Source of the DNA: a virus
Taxonomy: Duplodnaviria; Heunggongvirae; Uroviricota; Caudoviricetes
Reading direction: 5' to 3' (one strand)
DNA length: 4,025 bases
Virus record (IMG/VR): IMGVR_UViG_2585427756_000014
Location: 1 to 4,025 of that record
The notes below the pieces were generated by a model. The model had not been told where the DNA came from. It saw only the letters and a program-made list of their open reading frames with translations, and searched no databases. Each line of letters begins with the position of its first letter. Position 1 is the first letter of the stretch. Of this stretch, positions 1 to 4,025 are shown piece by piece. The position numbers and the translations under genes were made by a program.

Positions 1-541
1 TCCCTTCGCGCTGGCTGAAGTTTTCGCGGTAAGTGATCGCCTCCTGCACTGTCTTGCAGCCATACGCTGACAGGTAAGCAAATCCACGCAGGCTTTGCGC
101 CACGCTCAGCAACTCAGTAGCTACCGCCTTGGTGTCGTGGCCTGGCACGCCGAGAATGCGCGGTTTAACGCCGAGCTGTGACTGGGCAGATAACAGGGCT
201 TTCATACCTGTTTTTTTACCTTCAGCAGTCACTGCGCCGATGATATTGGTCGTGGTTTCGTCTTCCGTTTCACCCTGCGGCACACGCACAACAATGGTCA
301 CGGGTTTTGCCTGGTCAGCGATGGCATCCAGCGAACGGGCCAGCGTACCGGACTCCCCCGCTTTACCGCTGGCAGTCAGCACATCAGTGATCAGCACGGG
401 TTTATTAAGAGGAAACATTTTTGCATCGGCATCATCGCCCGTGCAGACCATACCCACGATGGCGGTGCTCACCGTGGTAATGGATCGGGTGCCTTCGTTG
501 ATTTCAACAACGCGCACCCCGTGGTGGTAATCCTGAGCCAT
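1..541 (-). CDS. Contractile phage tail sheath protein (P2 gpFI-like), N-terminal 180 codons; partial, continues beyond window start
   Basis: Minus-strand frame from ATG at 539-541 is open to position 1. Translation begins [35 protein letters not shown]..., which closely matches my recollection of the P2 FI sheath N-terminus (MSDYHHGVQVLEINEGTR...). AGGAGG lies 9 nt upstream of the ATG. The plus-strand ORF 129-530 is antisense to it. Confidence 0.85.
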   Translation of the reverse strand, partial: MAQDYHHGVRVVEINEGTRSITTVSTAIVGMVCTGDDADAKMFPLNKPVLITDVLTASGKAGESGTLARSLDAIADQAKPVTIVVRVPQGETEDETTTNIIGAVTAEGKKTGMKALLSAQSQLGVKPRILGVPGHDTKAVATELLSVAQSLRGFAYLSAYGCKTVQEAITYRENFSQREG

Positions 542-617
542 AGCGGCGAACCTCCTGATTGGATTAGGCTTCGCCCTATGTTGAAGTGATTGTGCCCGAC
601 AAACAGCTAAGTGTAGT

Positions 618-635
618 TGTACAGTTATTCACACA
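618..635 (-). promoter_or_regulatory. TGT-N12-ACA dyad, candidate P2-type late-promoter activator (Ogr/Delta-family) binding site upstream of the sheath gene
   Basis: The sequence tgtgtgaataactgtaca (read on the sheath coding strand) has its centre about 85 bp upstream of the sheath ATG. The motif and its position in the intergenic region ahead of the FI-like gene fit P2/P4 late promoters. No strong -10 or -35 was identified. Confidence 0.4.
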
Positions 636-683
636 AAATGACGGTATTTGTCTACTTGCAGGGATAATCAAAATTATGCTGAT

Positions 684-1250
684 TCAGGGGGATTCACTGC
701 TCTTATTTGCCGGAAATTTTCTATAAATGGTAGAAACGCCCACATCAAAAATCAGTGCAATACGCTGTCTTGATTCTCCGGCCTCGAGTAAACGTCCAAT
801 CTGTGCCCACTGTTCGGTGGTCAACTTAGGACGGCGTCCACCTACTCTGCCTTTGGCACGAGCTGCAGCCAGCCCTGCCCTGGTTCGTTCAACTATCAGT
901 TCGCGTTCCATTTCAGCCAGAGCCCCCATGACATGAAAAAAGAAACGGCCCATTGGGGTACTGGTATCAATACTGTCAGTCAGGCTTCGGAAATTCACAC
1001 CACGCTGGCGCAACTCTTCTATCAGCGTAACAAGATGCCGCATACTGCGACCCAGTCTGTCCAGCTTCCAGACAACCAGCGTGTCTCCTGCCGATAGTGT
1101 CCTGAGCAGTTTTTTAAGCCCCGGTCTGTCGGACTTAGTGCCACTGATTTTGTCCTCAAAAATCCGGTCACATCCCGCGCAGTTCAGTGCATTACGTTGC
1201 AAATCGGTGTTCTGGTCATTTGTTGACACGCGTACATAGCCAATAAGCAT
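684..1250 (-). CDS. Serine DNA invertase, Hin/Gin/Pin/Cin family (copy 1 of 2, identical to copy 2)
   Basis: Translation MLIGYVRVSTNDQNTDLQRNAL...DTLVVWKLDRLGRSM...MGRFFFHVMGALAEMERELIVERT...GGRRPKL...IFDVGVSTIYRKF contains the resolvase/invertase catalytic domain with the serine in the YVRVST motif and a C-terminal helix-turn-helix. The longest ORF extends to 1295 ([15 protein letters not shown]...), but the family-typical start is the MLIGY methionine at 1250, preceded by a GGGGG Shine-Dalgarno-like run. Confidence 0.9.
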   Translation of the reverse strand: MLIGYVRVSTNDQNTDLQRNALNCAGCDRIFEDKISGTKSDRPGLKKLLRTLSAGDTLVVWKLDRLGRSMRHLVTLIEELRQRGVNFRSLTDSIDTSTPMGRFFFHVMGALAEMERELIVERTRAGLAAARAKGRVGGRRPKLTTEQWAQIGRLLEAGESRQRIALIFDVGVSTIYRKFPANKSSESP

Positions 1251-1277
1251 GAGCATCCCCCTGAATAAAAACCGGAG

Positions 1278-1850
1278 ATGATGCCAGTTAGCCATTATCT
1301 CTGCATTTTCATAAACGTTGGTTTGGGAGAAGGTGCTCCAGCTATTGGCGTTCCGTTCTTCTGGCCGTCCGCCGCAATGCCAAATACTGTAATCGACAGT
1401 TGGTCCAGTATGGTGTTTTTGAAGTTCAACGGCGCGAAATTCTCTGCCACTGATTACCCTGTGCTGGCGAAAGTGTTTCCGGCGCTAGCATTACCTGACG
1501 CACGGGGTGATTTCATTCGTATCTGGGATGATGGGCGCGGGATTGATGTCGGACGTACCCTACTTTCAGGGCAATCACACACAATTATGGATCATGCACA
1601 CAATATGGAGTTGTGGACGGGGGACGGGCTTGCCGCAGGAAGTGCACGGGAGGGAGTAAACCCAGGAATACTGGCCACATACGGTGACGGGGGAATAGTT
1701 AAAACGGACGAACCCGGTCTTAAGGTGCCTTCCTCACTACGAGCTCTTAGCTCTCGTAGTGTTAAACGTTATGGTGAAATTAGTGGAAATGTAGATACAG
1801 AAACCCGTCCACGAAATATTGCATTTAACTTTCTGGTGAGGGCTAAATAA
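1278..1850 (+). CDS. Tail-fibre C-terminal variable (receptor-binding) cassette A, 190 aa; orphan, lacking the constant N-terminal shaft region
   Basis: The ORF crosses the crossover site and ends ...GNVDTETRPRNIAFNFLVRAK, resembling the C-terminal motif of Mu S / P2 H-type tail fibres. Its stop overlaps the start of the downstream chaperone gene. An in-frame stop lies 4 codons upstream of the first ATG, and that ATG sits antisense to the invertase 5' end, so no N-terminal constant domain is attached. Confidence 0.65.
   Translation: MMPVSHYLCIFINVGLGEGAPAIGVPFFWPSAAMPNTVIDSWSSMVFLKFNGAKFSATDYPVLAKVFPALALPDARGDFIRIWDDGRGIDVGRTLLSGQSHTIMDHAHNMELWTGDGLAAGSAREGVNPGILATYGDGGIVKTDEPGLKVPSSLRALSSRSVKRYGEISGNVDTETRPRNIAFNFLVRAK
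1306..1331. other. Left 26-bp crossover site, gix/hix/cix-like (invertase recombination site)
   Basis: The sequence ttttcataaacg-tt-ggtttgggagaa has two imperfect inverted 12-bp half-sites around a central dinucleotide. The right half matches my recollection of gixL in 10 of 12 positions. The site straddles the repeat/unique boundary and lies in the tail-fibre reading frame (encodes CIFINVGL). Confidence 0.55.
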
Positions 1851-2443
1851 TGAAACCTGTTTTTGATGAAAATGGGCTGGCTACAGTGCCGGGCGATATG
1901 CGTTGTTTTTATTATAATGCAGTAACGTATGAATATACCGGCTGGTCTGATGAATATATTAATACTGGCGTAAGTATACCCGCCTGTTCCACTGGTATTG
2001 ACCCGGGCGAAAACATTCCGGGAAAAGTGGCAGTATTTACGGGTAAGGGATGGAGCCATGAAGAAGACCATCGCAATGAGACCGTTTACTCAACTGAAAA
2101 TGGCGCAGCTGTTACAGTGGATTATATCGGTGCCATCAAAGACGGTTATGTCACGCTTTCACCGTTAACGCCATACGATAAATGGGATGGTGAGAAATGG
2201 GTGACGGATACCGAGGCACAGCATAGCGCCGCAGTAGAAGCGGCAGAAGCACAGCGCCAGTCGCTGATTGATGCTGCAATGGCTTCCATCAGTCTGATTC
2301 AACTGAAATTACAGGCTGGGCGGAAGCTGACGCAGCCAGAAAACACCCGACTTAACGCTGTGCTGGATTACATTGACGCGGTGACGGCAACAGATACCAG
2401 CACAGCGCCGGACGTCATCTGGCCTGAACTGCCGGAGGCGTAG
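1850..2443 (+). CDS. Tail-fibre assembly chaperone A (Tfa / Mu U / P2 G family), 197 aa
   Basis: Translation MKPVFDENGLATVPGDMRCFYYNAVTYEY...DKWDGEKWVTDTEAQ...LDYIDAVTATDTSTAPDVIWPELPEA has the N-terminal and C-terminal motifs (DTSTAPD-IEWP-like) of lambda Tfa-type assembly proteins. It is translationally coupled to cassette A. Confidence 0.85.
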   Translation: MKPVFDENGLATVPGDMRCFYYNAVTYEYTGWSDEYINTGVSIPACSTGIDPGENIPGKVAVFTGKGWSHEEDHRNETVYSTENGAAVTVDYIGAIKDGYVTLSPLTPYDKWDGEKWVTDTEAQHSAAVEAAEAQRQSLIDAAMASISLIQLKLQAGRKLTQPENTRLNAVLDYIDAVTATDTSTAPDVIWPELPEA

Positions 2444-2855
2444 GCCATTCAATATCTGGCGCACCGGAAGTATCGACCAGTTCCAGTGCGTCCAGATAAT
2501 CCAGCCACAAATTATATTGCGCCAGTTCCTCACCTTTCAGCCGGCCAATAGCCGCTTTACCAGGCCATTGTTTACTGTTCATATAATCGTTGGCCTGATT
2601 AATCAGTTGCTGCTTTTCCAGTTCGGCTGCAGCAATCTGTTCCTCATGTGTTGGTGGTGGAATTTCAGACCATGCAGGAAAACCATTTTCTCCAGCGATA
2701 CGGATTTTTCCTTTCGGCGGTAATCCGGAAAACTCAATATACACTTGCTCATCAACTTCAACAGCATCATCTGGCCATGAGTCAGCTTGAGTGTAATCCT
2801 CTTTCATCTCCAGCGGATAGAAAGAGTTTGTAGTCGCGGAATATATGTAATTCAT
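2415..2855 (-). CDS. Tail-fibre assembly chaperone B (Tfa family), 146 aa
   Basis: Translation MNYIYSATTNSFYPLEMKEDYTQ...NLWLDYLDALELVDTSGAPDIEWPTPPAVQAR carries the conserved Tfa C-terminal motif. GGAG lies about 6 nt upstream of the ATG. Its 3' end overlaps the convergent chaperone A gene by 29 bp. Confidence 0.85.
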   Translation of the reverse strand: MNYIYSATTNSFYPLEMKEDYTQADSWPDDAVEVDEQVYIEFSGLPPKGKIRIAGENGFPAWSEIPPPTHEEQIAAAELEKQQLINQANDYMNSKQWPGKAAIGRLKGEELAQYNLWLDYLDALELVDTSGAPDIEWPTPPAVQAR

Positions 2856-2876
2856 TTTTCACTCCATATAGCTAAA

Positions 2877-3269
2877 TTAACAGCCTAACGCTAAAAATGA
2901 AGCGCCGAGGCCAGGAGTACTGGCTCTGGATATAAATTTAACCGGGTCGGGACTAAAACCTGCACAGGCAATATAACCAACAGCCCCGCTATCTGGTGTG
3001 TAGTCTTGTGAGACCAAAACACGCAGACATCTGTTTGGAAATGCAATCGGGAAATGGGTTACTACATCCTGTGCAATGCCTGGTGCGCCGATTGAGCCCC
3101 ACTGAAGAATAAAACCTGATGGTAATTTTTGATATCCAGTACCTGAAACAGAAAGCGTGAAGCTACCCATATCAGGTATCTGATTCGCCCCTGTCCCTAC
3201 ATTCCTTTTAGCCGCTTTTCCCAAACCAACGTTTATGAAAATGCAGAGATAATGGCTAACTGGCATCAT
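2877..3269 (-). CDS. Tail-fibre C-terminal variable cassette B, 130 aa; orphan, lacking the constant N-terminal region
   Basis: It shares the first 17 codons ([17 protein letters not shown], encoded by the repeat and crossover site) with cassette A, then diverges completely ([15 protein letters not shown]...[17 protein letters not shown]...). It lies immediately upstream of chaperone B on the same strand. The tail-fibre tip assignment is by context and composition, not by a strong motif. Confidence 0.6.
   Translation of the reverse strand: MMPVSHYLCIFINVGLGKAAKRNVGTGANQIPDMGSFTLSVSGTGYQKLPSGFILQWGSIGAPGIAQDVVTHFPIAFPNRCLRVLVSQDYTPDSGAVGYIACAGFSPDPVKFISRASTPGLGASFLALGC
3216..3241. other. Right 26-bp crossover site, gix/hix/cix-like
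   Basis: This is the mirror image of the left site. The outer half-site is identical, and the inner half-site differs at one position (ggtttgggaAaa versus ggtttgggaGaa on the other side). Coordinates are +/-2 bp. Confidence 0.5.
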
Positions 3270-3296
3270 CTCCGGTTTTTATTCAGGGGGATGCTC

Positions 3297-3863
3297 ATGC
3301 TTATTGGCTATGTACGCGTGTCAACAAATGACCAGAACACCGATTTGCAACGTAATGCACTGAACTGCGCGGGATGTGACCGGATTTTTGAGGACAAAAT
3401 CAGTGGCACTAAGTCCGACAGACCGGGGCTTAAAAAACTGCTCAGGACACTATCGGCAGGAGACACGCTGGTTGTCTGGAAGCTGGACAGACTGGGTCGC
3501 AGTATGCGGCATCTTGTTACGCTGATAGAAGAGTTGCGCCAGCGTGGTGTGAATTTCCGAAGCCTGACTGACAGTATTGATACCAGTACCCCAATGGGCC
3601 GTTTCTTTTTTCATGTCATGGGGGCTCTGGCTGAAATGGAACGCGAACTGATAGTTGAACGAACCAGGGCAGGGCTGGCTGCAGCTCGTGCCAAAGGCAG
3701 AGTAGGTGGACGCCGTCCTAAGTTGACCACCGAACAGTGGGCACAGATTGGACGTTTACTCGAGGCCGGAGAATCAAGACAGCGTATTGCACTGATTTTT
3801 GATGTGGGCGTTTCTACCATTTATAGAAAATTTCCGGCAAATAAGAGCAGTGAATCCCCCTGA
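3297..3863 (+). CDS. Serine DNA invertase, Hin/Gin/Pin/Cin family (copy 2 of 2, identical to copy 1)
   Basis: Same 188-aa product as copy 1 (MLIGYVRVSTNDQ...). The longest ORF starts at 3252. This copy is on the plus strand, reading away from the invertible segment toward the sheath gene, as in P2-like prophages where the invertase occupies the slot between tail-fibre and sheath genes. Confidence 0.9.
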   Translation: MLIGYVRVSTNDQNTDLQRNALNCAGCDRIFEDKISGTKSDRPGLKKLLRTLSAGDTLVVWKLDRLGRSMRHLVTLIEELRQRGVNFRSLTDSIDTSTPMGRFFFHVMGALAEMERELIVERTRAGLAAARAKGRVGGRRPKLTTEQWAQIGRLLEAGESRQRIALIFDVGVSTIYRKFPANKSSESP

Positions 3864-3911
3864 ATCAGCATAATTTTGATTATCCCTGCAAGTAGACAAA
3901 TACCGTCATTT

Positions 3912-3929
3912 TGTGTGAATAACTGTACA
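3912..3929 (+). promoter_or_regulatory. TGT-N12-ACA dyad, candidate P2-type late-promoter activator site (mirror copy)
   Basis: The sequence tgtgtgaataactgtaca has its centre about 85 bp upstream of the sheath ATG at 4006. It lies in the pin-sheath intergenic region. Confidence 0.4.
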
Positions 3930-4005
3930 ACTACACTTAGCTGTTTGTCGGGCACAATCACTTCAACATAGGGCGAAGCCTAATCCAATCAGGAGGTTCG
4001 CCGCT

Positions 4006-4025
4006 ATGGCTCAGGATTACCACCA
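4006..4025 (+). CDS. Start of a second tail sheath (FI-like) gene copy; only the first 7 codons (MAQDYHH) fall in the window
   Basis: Identical by inverted-repeat symmetry to the first 20 nt of the minus-strand sheath gene at 522-541. AGGAGG lies 9 nt upstream. It is too short to judge on its own. Confidence 0.5.

Larger units (their letters stand above)
522..1328. repeat. Left arm of a perfect inverted repeat, at least 807 bp (partner 3219-4025); true outer end unknown because the partner runs off the window
   Basis: The reverse complement of 3219-4025 equals 522-1328. The mapping is left p to right 4547-p. The encoded invertase ORFs and antisense ORFs are identical in the ORF track. The first mismatch is at about 1329 (GAA Glu versus AAA Lys in the cassette frames). 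Confidence 0.9.
1319..3228. other. Invertible tail-fibre host-range segment (G/C/P-segment-like) between the two crossover-site centres
   Basis: Two divergent variable cassettes plus two convergent chaperone genes are bounded by inverted gix-like sites, with an invertase gene immediately adjacent. This is the canonical architecture of Gin/Cin/Pin systems. Confidence 0.6.
3219..4025. repeat. Right arm of the perfect inverted repeat; truncated by the window end
   Basis: Exact reverse complement of 522-1328. Confidence 0.9.

Noticed and set aside
129-530. 133-aa plus-strand ORF ([25 protein letters not shown]...)
   Set aside because: It lies entirely antisense to the well-supported tail sheath gene. 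The composition is low-complexity and Ser/Thr/Pro/Ala-rich, as expected for an antisense frame of a GC-richer gene, and there is no recognisable motif.
727-936. 69-aa ORF antisense to invertase copy 1 (and its twin at 3611-3820 on the minus strand)
   Set aside because: It is embedded antisense within the conserved invertase catalytic-domain coding region. It is duplicated only because the whole repeat is duplicated, and it has no ribosome-binding site or motif support.
1769-2071. 100-aa minus-strand ORF spanning the cassette A / chaperone A junction
   Set aside because: It is antisense to two well-supported, translationally coupled genes. Its translation is hydrophobic and low-complexity.
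2309-2833. Three short ORFs (2309-2533 minus, 2517-2723 plus, 2648-2833 plus)
   Set aside because: All are antisense to or out of frame with the two chaperone genes, with no motifs. They are most likely chance open frames.
3252-3296. 15-codon N-terminal extension of the invertase ([15 protein letters not shown]), also at 1251-1295
   Set aside because: Hin-family invertases start at the MxIGYxRVST methionine. The extension overlaps the crossover site flank and the opposite-strand cassette start, and the GGGGG Shine-Dalgarno-like run is positioned for the internal ATG.
3972-4002. Possible stem (ggcgaa ... ttcgcc) bracketing the sheath AGGAGG ribosome-binding site
   Set aside because: The stem is only 6 bp with a loop of about 19 nt and no following T-tract. 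It is too weak to call a terminator or translational operator from sequence alone.
522-4025. Composite transposon or insertion-sequence interpretation of the long inverted repeats carrying a recombinase gene
   Set aside because: The recombinase is a small serine invertase with a Hin-family site, not a transposase. The cargo is tail-fibre cassettes and chaperones in the classic invertible-segment layout. No IS-like terminal repeats or target-site duplications are visible.
1-4025. CRISPR arrays, tRNA or rRNA genes
   Set aside because: There are no short direct repeats with regular spacers, no cloverleaf-like candidates and no rRNA-like conserved stretches. The whole window is accounted for by protein-coding phage genes and the inverted repeat.

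Overview
This window is a phage tail-fibre host-range inversion module from a P2-like contractile-tail prophage, in an unusual palindromic arrangement. The unique centre (about 1329-3218, 1.9 kb) holds two unrelated tail-fibre C-terminal cassettes, each followed by its own tail-fibre assembly chaperone, arranged convergently as in the Mu G, P1 C and e14 P segments. It is flanked by a perfect inverted repeat of at least 807 bp (522-1328 versus 3219-4025), which runs off the right edge of the window. Each arm carries a complete, identical Hin/Gin/Pin/Cin-family serine DNA invertase gene, a 142-bp intergenic region with a P2-type late-promoter TGT-N12-ACA motif, and the 5' end of a P2 FI-like tail sheath gene (541 bp at the left, 20 bp at the right). 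A 26-bp gix/hix-like crossover site sits at each repeat/unique junction. The constant N-terminal tail-fibre region that such cassettes are normally fused to is absent, so neither cassette is in an expressed configuration here. I saw no rRNA, tRNA, CRISPR array or transposase. All identifications rest on reading the ORF translations and on remembered family motifs, not on any search. Coordinates of short sites are approximate (about +/-2 bp), because my base-by-base reading near 3180-3241 disagreed by single bases with the supplied ORF track, which I trusted.
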